The translations under genes were made by a program, and so were the position numbers. Below, in pieces: positions 8,333-18,320 of a stretch of DNA of 64,000 nucleotides. The notes beneath the pieces are model-generated. The model worked only from the letters and a program-made list of their open reading frames with translations, was not told the DNA's origin and did not search any database. Position 1 is the first letter of the stretch, and each line of letters begins with the position of its first letter. Source of the stretch: Planctomycetota bacterium (GTDB lineage Bacteria; Planctomycetota; UBA8108; SXIK01); the NCBI GenBank assembly GCA_965223265.1, contig OZ244999.1, positions 7,808,001 through 7,872,000 of the forward strand. The letters run 5' to 3'.

Positions 8333-9342
8333 GTGCGGCGGCGGCTTCTCTCGACCCTCGAAACGCCCTCGTGGTTGAAGAGTTCCGTCACGATCGCGCC
8401 GTCAACTGCTGCGCCTTCGACTCGAGTGGGCAGTTTCTCTACGCCGGGGCGGAAGATCACTTCTTGCACCGATGGGAGCTTGCTACGGGTGCTCACGCGA
8501 CACTTCAGGCGCACGAGAGCTGGATCAGCGGGTTCGCTTGCCTCCCCGAGGGAAAGCTCATCACCGCGGCCTACGACGGCAGGCTCGGGTGGTGGAGCGA
8601 AGGCTCCGACGCTCCCGCGGAGTTCACCGAAGCGCATCAGGGATGGGTCCGTGCGATCACTCTGAGCCCAGACGGCAAGCTGGTCGCCAGCTGTGGCAAC
8701 GACCGCCTGGTGAAGGTGTGGTCGAGCGGGGCGGGAGAGCTCGTCCGAGAGCTCGAAGGGCACGCGAGTGACGTGTACAGCGTCGCGTTCCACCCCGGCG
8801 GCCGCCACTTGGTCTCCGCCGACCACCGCGGCGTGATTCGGCAGTGGGACACCGGAACCTGGTCTCCTACCCGCGAGCTCGATGCGGCTCCCCTCTACAC
8901 TTGGCACAAGGGATACCGGGCGGCGGCGGGCGGCGTGCGCAAGATGAGCTTTAGCAGCGACGGCCGCCTGCTTGCCGGCTGCGGCCTCACGGACGCCACC
9001 GACACATTCGGGCAGGTGGTCCATCCGGTCGTCGCCCTCTTCGACTGGGAAAGCGGCAAACGCGTCCGCCTCCTTCGTCCCGGTGGCGACGAGTACGGAG
9101 TTGGTTGGGGCGTGAATTTCCATCCGACCGAGCCGTTTCTCGTCGCCGTCAGTGGTGGACGCACGGCGCGGCACGTCTACTTCTGGCGCTACGAAGACGA
9201 AAAGCCTTTTCACGTTCTGGCACTTGAGAGTGCAGCTCGCGACCTAGCGATCCACCCTGCTGGGCAGCTCTTGGCGGCAGCCTGCCACGATGGAGCAGTG
9301 CGCGTCATCGACCTCGCGCCGAGGAACGTGCGGCGGTTTTGA
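8329..9342 (+). CDS. WD40 repeat protein
   Basis: Repeated GH/AH...W blades (AHQGWVRAITLSPDG, GHASDVYSVAFHPGG); GTGA overlap with the DUF1501 stop. Confidence 0.9.
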   Translation: MSAAAASLDPRNALVVEEFRHDRAVNCCAFDSSGQFLYAGAEDHFLHRWELATGAHATLQAHESWISGFACLPEGKLITAAYDGRLGWWSEGSDAPAEFTEAHQGWVRAITLSPDGKLVASCGNDRLVKVWSSGAGELVRELEGHASDVYSVAFHPGGRHLVSADHRGVIRQWDTGTWSPTRELDAAPLYTWHKGYRAAAGGVRKMSFSSDGRLLAGCGLTDATDTFGQVVHPVVALFDWESGKRVRLLRPGGDEYGVGWGVNFHPTEPFLVAVSGGRTARHVYFWRYEDEKPFHVLALESAARDLAIHPAGQLLAAACHDGAVRVIDLAPRNVRRF

Positions 9343-9556
9343 GATGTCACGTTCGCCGCGTGACGAAGCTCCACCATAAAAGTTTGCACCGACTCTTCCG
9401 GTTCTCTGGTGCGGTCTTGGTGGAGGATCCCGACTGCAATCGAAGAATCTCCGGGACTCGATCGATGCACGGAGAATATCACTTTCTCCAGGCGTTCGGG
9501 TTAACATGTTACTCCCCAGCGACAATGTCGGGGATCCCAGCGCGCGAGATCGAGTC

Positions 9557-10171
9557 ATGGCGGACACTCAGAGCGACGACCTAGAAGCGACGATCAACCT
9601 CGTCAAGAAGGCCAACGACGGCAACTCCGTGGCTCTCGAGGAGTTGTTCGAACGCTACATGCCCCGTGTCCGCCGCATCGTCCGATTTCGTATTGGCCGC
9701 AAGGCCGTGAACTCCCTCGACATCGATGACCTCGTGCAGGAGAGCCTGCTCAAGGCATTTCAAAACCTCGACCAGTTCGACCTGCAGTCGACGGGACGCT
9801 TCCACAATTGGCTCGCGCGCGGCGTCGAGCGCCAAATCATCGATCACTGGCGTGGCGGTCAAGCACAGAAGCGTGGCGGTGGACGCGAACGCCGCTTCGC
9901 TGACTGTCCGGCCGACGAGCTCAGCTCGACGATCTTTCGCGGGCAAGAGCCGACTTCAAGTCAGGTCTATCGTGCCAAAGAGCTCGAATCCCGCATCGAC
10001 GCGGAACTTCTCAAAATGGATGAAGCCGACCGCGAAGTGATCGTGCTGCGGCAACTCTGCGAGATGTCCTACGCCGAGGTCGCCGAGTCTCTCGGGCTGC
10101 CCAGTGAAGCGGCTGCGAGGAAGGCGTTCTCTCGGGCGCTGCGCAAGCTCAAGGAAAAGGTGAGCGCCTAG
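9557..10171 (+). CDS. ECF RNA polymerase sigma factor
   Basis: ALEELFERY, DDLVQE, F..WL, region 4 REVIVLR...EMSYAEVAESLG. Confidence 0.92.
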   Translation: MADTQSDDLEATINLVKKANDGNSVALEELFERYMPRVRRIVRFRIGRKAVNSLDIDDLVQESLLKAFQNLDQFDLQSTGRFHNWLARGVERQIIDHWRGGQAQKRGGGRERRFADCPADELSSTIFRGQEPTSSQVYRAKELESRIDAELLKMDEADREVIVLRQLCEMSYAEVAESLGLPSEAAARKAFSRALRKLKEKVSA

Positions 10172-10246
10172 CACTTTTCTTCTCCAACTCGAGGCTAACA
10201 GCCTAACATTCAGCGCGGTACTGCGGCGGACGTGAGAAAAAACTTC

Positions 10247-10271
10247 GTCACACGCCGGTCCGGATCGCGTC
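10247..10271 (+). promoter_or_regulatory. Possible ECF-type promoter upstream of the sigma-like/kinase operon
   Basis: GTCACA-15nt-CGTC, resembling ECF -35/-10 elements, just downstream of the ECF gene. Confidence 0.3.
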
Positions 10272-10326
10272 CACACCTGGGAGGGCTTGAGAGCCCACGA
10301 TCAAACCAGGCTGGCCGCGTGCGAGA

Positions 10327-10899
10327 ATGAACTCCATGGAACCCACAACCGAAAACGACGAGCTCGGCATGTCGAGCCTCTTGACCCAGGCACGCGCCGG
10401 ACACGCACCGGCGAAGAGAGCGCTCGCCGAGCGACTCGCGGCCCCGCTCGAACGGCTTGCCGCCAATCTGGCACCTCAATCGGTACGCCAATCCTCGAGC
10501 CCACACGACCTCATGGTCGAAGCGCTACGTCGCGGCCTCGATTCCATCGACTCGTGCCAAACAGTGTCTGACGCCGGCGCTGTGCTCGCGCTGCGAGAGA
10601 CACTGCTCGAGGTGATTCAGATGCGCGCGGCTCAAGCGCACGCGGACCGCGGCAACGAACTCTCCGACGACGACCGCAAGTCGCAGCTCGAGTTAGGTCC
10701 GCACCGCGATGCGTGGCGCCGCTATGTTCATCTGTTGCCACAGCTCGACGAAACGAAACGCGCCGCCCTCATTCTCTTTGTCGAGGGCGGGCTCGAGCTC
10801 GACGCCATCGCACCGATTCTCGGCGCCGCGAGCGGCGAAGAGATGCGGGAGCCGGTCGCGGCGGCGATCGCGCAGCTCAGTGGGGAGGATGTTCGATGA
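10327..10899 (+). CDS. Divergent ECF-sigma-like protein
   Basis: LLTQARAGHAPAKRAL, HDLMVEAL and region-4-like KRAALILFVEGGLELDAIAPILG; core residues are eroded. Confidence 0.65.
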   Translation: MNSMEPTTENDELGMSSLLTQARAGHAPAKRALAERLAAPLERLAANLAPQSVRQSSSPHDLMVEALRRGLDSIDSCQTVSDAGAVLALRETLLEVIQMRAAQAHADRGNELSDDDRKSQLELGPHRDAWRRYVHLLPQLDETKRAALILFVEGGLELDAIAPILGAASGEEMREPVAAAIAQLSGEDVR

Positions 10900-12635
10900 A
10901 CTCCAGCGATCGCCGCGGCGAAAACGCACCGCCAGCGAACTCGAGACGGAACGCCTCCGAGACCTTCGGATCGTGGTCAGGCACCGCCAGCGAGCAGTTT
11001 CTCGAAGACATGGAACGCTGGGCTTCCGATCCCGAGACACGAGTGCGGGTCAAGGAGCTCAGCGCGCTCCGAGCCTCGTTTGCAGGTGCCGCGTCGGGGA
11101 TCCATGCCTCGCAGCTCGGCTGGCCCGAGTTTCCAGGTTTCACGCTCCTCGACAAGCTCGGCCAAGGCAGTTTCGGTGCCGTCTACAGGGCGCGTGACGA
11201 CGAACTCAGGCGCGAGGTGGCGCTCAAAGTGCTGCTGCCGCACGCCATGATCGACAAGGAGGCACGCGAGAGCTTCCTCAACGAAGCGCGTGTCCTCGCC
11301 CGCGTGCGCCACCAAAACGTTCTCACGATCCATTCGATCGAGACGAGTGGCGAGCGCATCGGGCTCGTCATGGAATTCATCGATGGTGAAACTTTGGATG
11401 CAGGTGTCGAACGCAGTGGCTCGCTCGGCGCCGAGGAAGCGATACAAATCGGAATCCAAACGTGCCGTGCGCTCGCAGCGGTTCACGCCTCGGGCTTAGT
11501 CCACCGCGACGTCAAAACGGCCAACATCTTGCGCGAACGGGGTGGGCGCATCGTCCTCAGCGATTTCGGTCTTGGGATTTTCATCGACACGGCCGAACGC
11601 ACGCGCCTAGCTGGTACGCCGCTCTTCATGGCGCCAGAGCAAATCGAAGGCGCCAAGCCGGACGGGCGCAGCGATCTCTACGCACTCGGGGTCGTGCTCT
11701 ACTGGCTCGTGGCACAGTCCTACCCCTTTTCGACTGCGGTGCGCGTCGACGAACTCTTTGCCGCCAAGCGCAGTGGTCAAGTCGCGCCGCTTCGCGACAA
11801 ACGTCCGGACCTACCGGAAGAGTTCGTCGAGGTCGTCCAGCGCGCACTCCGCACCGACCCCGACGAGCGTTTTCAGTCAGCGGGCGAGATGGAGAGCGCT
11901 CTCATCGATTGCCTCAAGTCGGGGTCCGGCACGCGTTCCACCGCGGTGCATGTGGATGCCAACGCCGCCTCGCCCGGTCGCGTGGAAGCCCCAAGAAGTG
12001 CGTCTCAATCTCTCCGCGCCGGCCGCAAACGCCGGCATGCCGTACTGTGGACAGGCGTCGCGGCGTTGATCCTGGCTGCAATCCTCGTCGCCTTGCGTCT
12101 GCCTGTGGTCTTCGGCTTCAGTGTTGAGGAAGCGTCACTGTGGGCGGTCGGTCAGTTCGGAGAACGGCGCCGAGTCGAGGAAAGCGAGCTCCCACGGCTA
12201 GAGGAACCGTTTTATCTGGAGTTTCGCGCCGACACGGAGCTCTTCGTGTATCTCTTGAGCGAGGACGAATGCTCGTTTCCCATTCCACAAGCGCGGTCGA
12301 AGAACCCTCTGGCTCCCGGTCAGTCCCACCGTCTCCCAGGGCGCAAGGTGAACGGCACCTTTGAGGCGCTGCAGGTCAGCGACGGCACGAGCGACACTCT
12401 CTTTCTGGTCGCGTCGCGAACGCCGATCGCGTCTTTGGAACCAGAATCGCTGTCCGACGAGGAAGCACCGCCGCCGGAGGATCTGCGAACGATCGAGCAC
12501 CTCGAGGTCAACGTCAATTGGTCCGGTCAAGAGCAAGCCGCCGTCGACCTCTATCGATCGATTCAGCAGTCGAGTCGATGGGCGCTCTGGCGAAAGGGAT
12601 GGTGGGTGAAGCGTTTCGACGTCGCCAATCCGTAA
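10896..12635 (+). CDS. Membrane Ser/Thr protein kinase with a DUF4384-like C-terminal domain
   Basis: GQGSFGAVY, VALK, HRDVKTAN, DFG, GTPLFMAPE; TM segment; PFYLEFRADTELFVYLLSED; GGGGAGG RBS and ATGA overlap. Confidence 0.9.
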   Translation: MNSSDRRGENAPPANSRRNASETFGSWSGTASEQFLEDMERWASDPETRVRVKELSALRASFAGAASGIHASQLGWPEFPGFTLLDKLGQGSFGAVYRARDDELRREVALKVLLPHAMIDKEARESFLNEARVLARVRHQNVLTIHSIETSGERIGLVMEFIDGETLDAGVERSGSLGAEEAIQIGIQTCRALAAVHASGLVHRDVKTANILRERGGRIVLSDFGLGIFIDTAERTRLAGTPLFMAPEQIEGAKPDGRSDLYALGVVLYWLVAQSYPFSTAVRVDELFAAKRSGQVAPLRDKRPDLPEEFVEVVQRALRTDPDERFQSAGEMESALIDCLKSGSGTRSTAVHVDANAASPGRVEAPRSASQSLRAGRKRRHAVLWTGVAALILAAILVALRLPVVFGFSVEEASLWAVGQFGERRRVEESELPRLEEPFYLEFRADTELFVYLLSEDECSFPIPQARSKNPLAPGQSHRLPGRKVNGTFEALQVSDGTSDTLFLVASRTPIASLEPESLSDEEAPPPEDLRTIEHLEVNVNWSGQEQAAVDLYRSIQQSSRWALWRKGWWVKRFDVANP

Positions 12636-12711
12636 ACCTTGCGCTGCCCAGAGGGGCGGAGAAGGATCACGACCTCGGCTGACTCGGTGGTGTCGTTCTT
12701 CACCGCTTTGA

Positions 12712-15700
12712 TCACTCCCAATCCCCCGCACCGACAAACCCAGCCCAGTAAAACGGTGCATCGGACGCGCCTCGCTCGCGCCGGCGCTGAAGGACGCGGA
12801 GGCTGGCCTCACGCACGCTGTGCGCGGCGCCGAGGCGATCGTCGAACCGGGCGCGATAGAGCTCCGCCATCCACTCCTGGGTCGCTGCGTCCTGCACTGG
12901 CCACAGACTCGTGATCAGCGTTCGCGCTCCGGCGGAGAAAAAAGCGCGTCGCAAGCCAAACACTCCCTCGCCGCTGCGGACCTCACCGATCCCCGTCGAG
13001 CAGGCCGAGAGCACAGCCCACTCGACGCGTTGGAGATCGAGCGCCGCGACTTCTTCCGCGGTGAGGATGCCATCGTCAACAGCGGCAGTGGATACCGCCG
13101 CGGCAGCGCTCGTGCGTCGATTCGCGCCGGCGCACGCCAAACCCGACAGGAGCAGCGGACTCGCAGCCTGCGGCCGGCGTGAGCGACCGACAAGCGGCGC
13201 AACTCGCCGTAGATCCAGGTCCCCTGAAACCCTCTGCGGTCGCCGACTCTCCTGGTCGCACACAGCGTCAAGATAGAAGCCGTGTGTCGCCAGATGAAGG
13301 ACAGTGGCACGCGGCGCCATCTCTTTGACCGCGGCTTCCGTAGCCTTGCTGCCGAGGAGCAACGAGACGCGCGGCGGTTTTACGCCACGGGTGACGCTGG
13401 TGTCTCGCTGCAGGAGGGCAGAGATCGCCCGCGCTTCCGACTCGGTACCCGGAAGGGCACGAAACCGCACGTCAGCCATCCGCACGCAATCCGACCGCGG
13501 CGACGCGGCGTTGTCGCCGAGCGCCGACTCTCCATACGGGCCGTAGGTTGGATGCCCGAGAGCGACCAGGTGAAACTCATCGCTTTCAGGTGTCCCGGTA
13601 CCCATCGCATCGGTATCGCCTCCGTCCTCATCACTTCGGCGACGAGCATGATCGCCCTTGCGAGCGCTCGGGCGCGTGGCGAGATCTTTCGCCGCCGCGA
13701 GGTAGTGGATCGTTGGTCCCGACTCAAGAACGAAGCGGTCTGCGTCCGTCGCGTTTGGGAGCGCGGCGAAACTCACAAAGCAGAGGCTCGCGTCAGGCAC
13801 GAGAAAGACGAAGCTCGGCGGCTGTTCGCACTGCCTCATGGCCGGATCCCAAGTGCGGCGTCTCAGATCGTCGCCCAAAGCGCCGAGTTCTTCGCGGGCT
13901 CGGCGGCGTTCAGCTGCAGACTCTCTCGACGACAAACCCTCGAGTCGATGGAGGCGCGCGACGACACCGCGCCATCGCTTCACGAGAACATCGATAGCGT
14001 CGGCGCGCCCGAGGTCGACGCAGCGCGGGCCCGCGCGCGCGCCTTCGCCAACAAGGGCCAAGTAGGAGGGAATCGCGCGCGGTTTGCCGCTGCGCCGCTC
14101 GAGCTTTTGGTAGCGAACGAACGAAACCAACGCACTGTTTGCGGGTGCGCGCACGAGCGCTGCTCGGATCGCCTCCCAGTCGATCTCAAAACGCGACGCG
14201 TCAGTCTTGTCGCTGGCGCCAAATCCGAGCTCCACGAGGGCTGCCTCAGCACGCTCTTTGCGCCTCCGCGCCGCGGTCGTCTCAAGACCCTGCACCCAAC
14301 AGTTCGCCAGCGCCTGGCGCGCCGCCGCGAGCTCCGCCAACAGCTGCGAGCGCGTCGGTTCAACCTCTGCCCCTGCGCCGCTCTTCGCATCCCAAGCGCC
14401 GGGGGCGGCGCTCTGCTTCATGGCATCAAGCGTTCCTCGGCGCTGCAGCATTGCGTCGAATACGAGTCCACGCGAGCGAACAAGCGCGTCGGATGCAGCC
14501 GCAACATCGCTTGGAGATAGCTCGGCGTGATGGTCAGCGAGAAGCGACAAAAGAACGTCAAGGCTCGTCGCGTCGAGACCGAAGACCTGCAAGTAGACCG
14601 CCTGCATCTCCAGCGCCTGACGTTCCGGGAGAAACGGCAACGTCGACACCAAGCCTTGGCGGCGTCTGCGCTCAGCCTCTAGAGCATGGCGAAACGCTGT
14701 GTGCAGATTCCCTCGTGCGAGCTCAACGGTGGCGAGGTAGGTGAGACTGTGGAAGACGAGCTTGTGTTCGTCGCCGAGCGCCTCGCGGCGAATCGCAAGT
14801 GCGCGCTCGAAAAGTCGCGCGGCGCGATCTAAATCTCCCGCCTCGAGCTCGAGGAGCGCCTGATTGCTCAGCGTCCAAGCGACGGCGCGGTGTTGCCTGC
14901 CAAGAAGCGGCTCGCGAATCTTCAGAGCCGCGTCGTAGAGCGAGCGCGCCCGATTCAGCTTGCGCGCGTCGTGGTAGAGATAGCCCAGGTTGTTGAGAGC
15001 CGAGGCTTTCTCGGCTTCATTTGGCGACGCCATCGAATTCCAAATGTCGAGTGCGGCTTCGAAGCGCTGTCGGGCGCCGGAGAAGTCGCCGAGGTCATGC
15101 AGCAACCGACCGATGTTATTGAGGACAAGGGCCGTGCTGCGCTCCGCGTCAGACGCCTTGAGCCAATGGGTATGCGCGGCCTCGAAGTGTGGCGCCGCTT
15201 CGAGGAAATCGCCCATGTTGTGAAGCAAGAGACCGTAGTTGTTGTGAGCCATGGCGCGCGCGTGCGCGGTCTGCTCGCCGGAGGCTGCGTCGAGGTGCGT
15301 CAAGGCACGGTCGAAGTGCGCCTTGGCATCATCAAAGCGCCCGGTCTGGCGGCAGAGTTCGCCCAGGTTGAGATGGCCGATGGCAAGACCGAGCGGCGCC
15401 GCGCCGTGATGCGACTTGATCGCCAAGGAGCGTTCGAGCGCATCGGTGGCGCGACCGTATCGGCCGGCGGCGTTGAGCACGGCACCCAGGTTCTCGAGAC
15501 TGACGGCAAGCGAAGGCGCGTTCGGCTCGAGCAACTGCTCCTTGAGCTCGAGGGCGCGCTCGGCCGCCTGACGCGTCTCGGGCGCCGCGCCTTGGCCGGC
15601 GTAGTAGAGAGCCTCGACGAGCGCGTCATGCGCCTCAGCTGCGGCGAGTGAATCAGCGCCGTCTCGTTTGATCACGCGCGTCAGCTCGGCACGCGCTGCT

Positions 15701-15906
15701 TCGGCCTGCCGCGCGCGAGAGTCTTCAACTCGAGAGGTCGAAGTGCCCGCGGCCTCGTCTCCGTGCGTTGCCTCATCGCCCCGCGCGGACTCGTCGAATC
15801 CGCCCAGCCTCAGTTCCTCTGGTTGCTCAGCGCCGGGCTGAGGACGCAGCAAGAACCAGGCGACACCGAGGGCGACCACGACTGCGCCGACGAGCCATCG
15901 CTTCAC
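12712..15906 (-). CDS. TPR-repeat CHAT-domain (caspase-like) protease with N-terminal membrane/signal segment
   Basis: Kinesin-light-chain-type TPRs; LHLATHG and VLSACSTG His/Cys dyad; PFYWAGF; GTG start at 15906 overlaps the upstream stop. Confidence 0.92.
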   Translation of the reverse strand: MKRWLVGAVVVALGVAWFLLRPQPGAEQPEELRLGGFDESARGDEATHGDEAAGTSTSRVEDSRARQAEAARAELTRVIKRDGADSLAAAEAHDALVEALYYAGQGAAPETRQAAERALELKEQLLEPNAPSLAVSLENLGAVLNAAGRYGRATDALERSLAIKSHHGAAPLGLAIGHLNLGELCRQTGRFDDAKAHFDRALTHLDAASGEQTAHARAMAHNNYGLLLHNMGDFLEAAPHFEAAHTHWLKASDAERSTALVLNNIGRLLHDLGDFSGARQRFEAALDIWNSMASPNEAEKASALNNLGYLYHDARKLNRARSLYDAALKIREPLLGRQHRAVAWTLSNQALLELEAGDLDRAARLFERALAIRREALGDEHKLVFHSLTYLATVELARGNLHTAFRHALEAERRRRQGLVSTLPFLPERQALEMQAVYLQVFGLDATSLDVLLSLLADHHAELSPSDVAAASDALVRSRGLVFDAMLQRRGTLDAMKQSAAPGAWDAKSGAGAEVEPTRSQLLAELAAARQALANCWVQGLETTAARRRKERAEAALVELGFGASDKTDASRFEIDWEAIRAALVRAPANSALVSFVRYQKLERRSGKPRAIPSYLALVGEGARAGPRCVDLGRADAIDVLVKRWRGVVARLHRLEGLSSRESAAERRRAREELGALGDDLRRRTWDPAMRQCEQPPSFVFLVPDASLCFVSFAALPNATDADRFVLESGPTIHYLAAAKDLATRPSARKGDHARRRSDEDGGDTDAMGTGTPESDEFHLVALGHPTYGPYGESALGDNAASPRSDCVRMADVRFRALPGTESEARAISALLQRDTSVTRGVKPPRVSLLLGSKATEAAVKEMAPRATVLHLATHGFYLDAVCDQESRRPQRVSGDLDLRRVAPLVGRSRRPQAASPLLLSGLACAGANRRTSAAAAVSTAAVDDGILTAEEVAALDLQRVEWAVLSACSTGIGEVRSGEGVFGLRRAFFSAGARTLITSLWPVQDAATQEWMAELYRARFDDRLGAAHSVREASLRVLQRRRERGASDAPFYWAGFVGAGDWE

Positions 15907-17798
15907 GGCTGGCACTGATCTGCACAACCGACGATGCGGGTGCAACGATCGACCGCACCGACGGCGTGGCCTTCGGTGCCGACGAACAGATGGTTGAGCG
16001 CAAAGATCGCATCGGAAATGTCCACGGTGTTGTCACCGCTCCAGTCGAGAAGCAGCAAATTGCCGAGATCTTCAATCGTCCCGCCGTCGCAAGGCACGGT
16101 GTCCGGATCCCCCGAAAACAGATGTCCAAGAAGACCCACGGGATCAGAGATGTCGACGCCGCCGTCCTCGTTGATGTCGCCGGGAAAACGATGGCCTCCG
16201 CACACCTCGATCGGCTCGAGCCCATAGAGTGGTTGAGCAAGATCGATGCCGAAGACGCGGCCGTCGCTCGCGGCGAGGAACTGGAGTCGATACGTGGTTC
16301 CTTCCGGCACTCCAGTGATCACGATCTGCGGTGGAACGCCTGCCGCGAGTCCGAGGTAAACGAAATCCGGTGCGCCCGGGAAGCGCGCGTGGACATCGAC
16401 CGCGAATCTCCCACCTACGGATTCGAACTCTATGAGAGTAGTCCCGCCATTCTGTGGCGACCATGCGCAGGTCATGTTGACAGGCGAAAAACCTTCCACA
16501 GGCGCTGCGTCAAGAAGAGTCATTTCAGAGCTCGTGATCGTTGACGGCCCCTCGACTACGGCGGAGTCGCCCTGAACCCCAACGACTTGCAGCGTCGCCC
16601 CCAGGTCCGAGAAGACGAAGTTGTTGGTGCCACCGTCCTGCAGCTCTGCGAACGGTTCCCCATTAAGAAAGAGCTGCACGCCGACAGCGTAAGGACTCTC
16701 GCCGTTGATCCAGCTGGCGCGCAGTTCGTTCGACGCGTCACTTCCGTAGGCTGCTTGCCGCAGAATCAGGGCGCGCGGCGGCTTGGGGCGCCCACATTCG
16801 GTGGTGACGGTCGTGAAGATGATCGGCTCAAACCCCAGTGCAGTGCCGCCATCGAGGCCCGAAAACTCGCCAATGATGTTCTCGTGGGTGATGCCGCTTT
16901 CTGGATCGGTCCAGCGCGTCGTCAAAGCCTTGTCGCGATCGAGAAACCCGAAAGCGGTGATCTCATGCTCGCCACGGGTTTCGAGCTCGATCGATTCTTC
17001 CAGACATTTGACCTGAATCGGATCCTCGACGCTGAGAACGGACTCGCCGTCGACAGCGACGGAAAGTCCACTCGCCGACGGCCCGTCATTGCCGCCACCG
17101 ATGATGATGCCACAGACAACGTCGGTGTCTTCACGCACGCACGTGCGCGAAGCAAAGTCGACGACATCATCACAGCCGGCATCGCCCAATTCCGTACGAG
17201 CGCAGAAGATCGCGCCGTTGGCGAGTGGCCAGGTGCGGTGCACCTCCTGAAACTGCTCGAGAGACTCGCCGCCGGGAGTTCGGACCTCGAAGCGAAACGC
17301 CTTCGAGGGACAGAGGGGATCGTCGGGCGACTCGGGGATGCAACTGACGGGAACATCCGTCACCGGCACGCCGTTGGTTCCTGGTGTCGTTAGGCCGGCG
17401 ATCGTGCCGAGCAATTGGCCATCGACGAGCACTTCGACCACGTCTTGGCTGCCGTCCTCGTTCCATGACAAGAGGACGACGTTGCCGAGCTCCGTCGGCG
17501 CACCGAACTCCGGGTCTTCATAAAGGATCTGCAAAGTCTGAAGATCGCTCAGGCTCGGGGCGATGCCTTTCTCTCCGCTAACGGCGACCGGCTTTCTGTT
17601 CAGCAGGTAGGCAGACCAACGCGCGGCCTCCAGCGGTGTCACAAAGCGTGAATCGAGTGCAGAAGCACTCAGGGAAGCGGGGGTGTCGTCGGTGACGATG
17701 CGGGGTCTCGGCGCAAGCTCCTGTGCGGCCGCGGGCATGCCGAAAAGAATCGCGCAGCACGCAATAGTCATCGTGTGATGGCGAAAGATAGATGCCAT
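15903..17798 (-). CDS. Secreted acidic beta-rich protein with C-terminal dockerin-like domain
   Basis: Signal peptide (ACCAILFGMPAAAQE); C-terminal FPGDINEDGGVDISD...DWSGDNTVDISDAIFALNHLF. Confidence 0.8.
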   Translation of the reverse strand: MASIFRHHTMTIACCAILFGMPAAAQELAPRPRIVTDDTPASLSASALDSRFVTPLEAARWSAYLLNRKPVAVSGEKGIAPSLSDLQTLQILYEDPEFGAPTELGNVVLLSWNEDGSQDVVEVLVDGQLLGTIAGLTTPGTNGVPVTDVPVSCIPESPDDPLCPSKAFRFEVRTPGGESLEQFQEVHRTWPLANGAIFCARTELGDAGCDDVVDFASRTCVREDTDVVCGIIIGGGNDGPSASGLSVAVDGESVLSVEDPIQVKCLEESIELETRGEHEITAFGFLDRDKALTTRWTDPESGITHENIIGEFSGLDGGTALGFEPIIFTTVTTECGRPKPPRALILRQAAYGSDASNELRASWINGESPYAVGVQLFLNGEPFAELQDGGTNNFVFSDLGATLQVVGVQGDSAVVEGPSTITSSEMTLLDAAPVEGFSPVNMTCAWSPQNGGTTLIEFESVGGRFAVDVHARFPGAPDFVYLGLAAGVPPQIVITGVPEGTTYRLQFLAASDGRVFGIDLAQPLYGLEPIEVCGGHRFPGDINEDGGVDISDPVGLLGHLFSGDPDTVPCDGGTIEDLGNLLLLDWSGDNTVDISDAIFALNHLFVGTEGHAVGAVDRCTRIVGCADQCQP

Positions 17799-17964
17799 GT
17801 GGGATTCCTACGAAGTTCGAAGCTGCCCGGGGGATGTCGTCATCTTAGACGACAGGCCGACCGCGGTGGAGAGGAATCTACCGGCCACCAGCGCGCGAGG
17901 TATGACGTTCGGGTCACCGTGGCCGGCGTTCGGAGTGGACCGAGCTGCGGCAGCCTCACGCGGA

Positions 17965-18320
17965 TCACTCGCAACCGCGCTGCGCGCGGCAGCCTACGTC
18001 GGCGGTGGGATCGATACCGCAGGCGGCGAACGGCTCGTGCGGTGCGGCGCCGGCGCGGAAGAGGTAGCTCAAAAGCGCGATCGCATCGCTGATGCTGACG
18101 CCGCCGCTGTCGTCGACGTCCTCGGCCGCGCGACAGCCGAAGTCCTCACCGGAAGCGAACAGCCGTACGAGGATTGCGCTCGCGTCCGCCGCGTCGATCG
18201 TGCCGTCGCCGTTGGCATCGCCGCGGCGAAACTCCGCCGCGCAGTCGTCCGGCAGCGTGTCGCCGTCAGCGTCGCGGAGACCCGCGAGCTGCGGGCGCAG
18301 GAGAGCGAAGTGGTTCGACG
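17965..18320. repeat. ~350-bp near-identical direct repeat, copy 1 (dockerin-coding 3' end)
   Basis: Matches 20561-20916 and 23145-23497 with only scattered substitutions. Confidence 0.95.

Noticed and set aside
13282-14520. Long antisense ORF (412 aa) and many similar overlapping ORFs in the track
   Set aside because: Shadow frames of GC-rich genes, Arg/Ala-rich and without recognisable motifs
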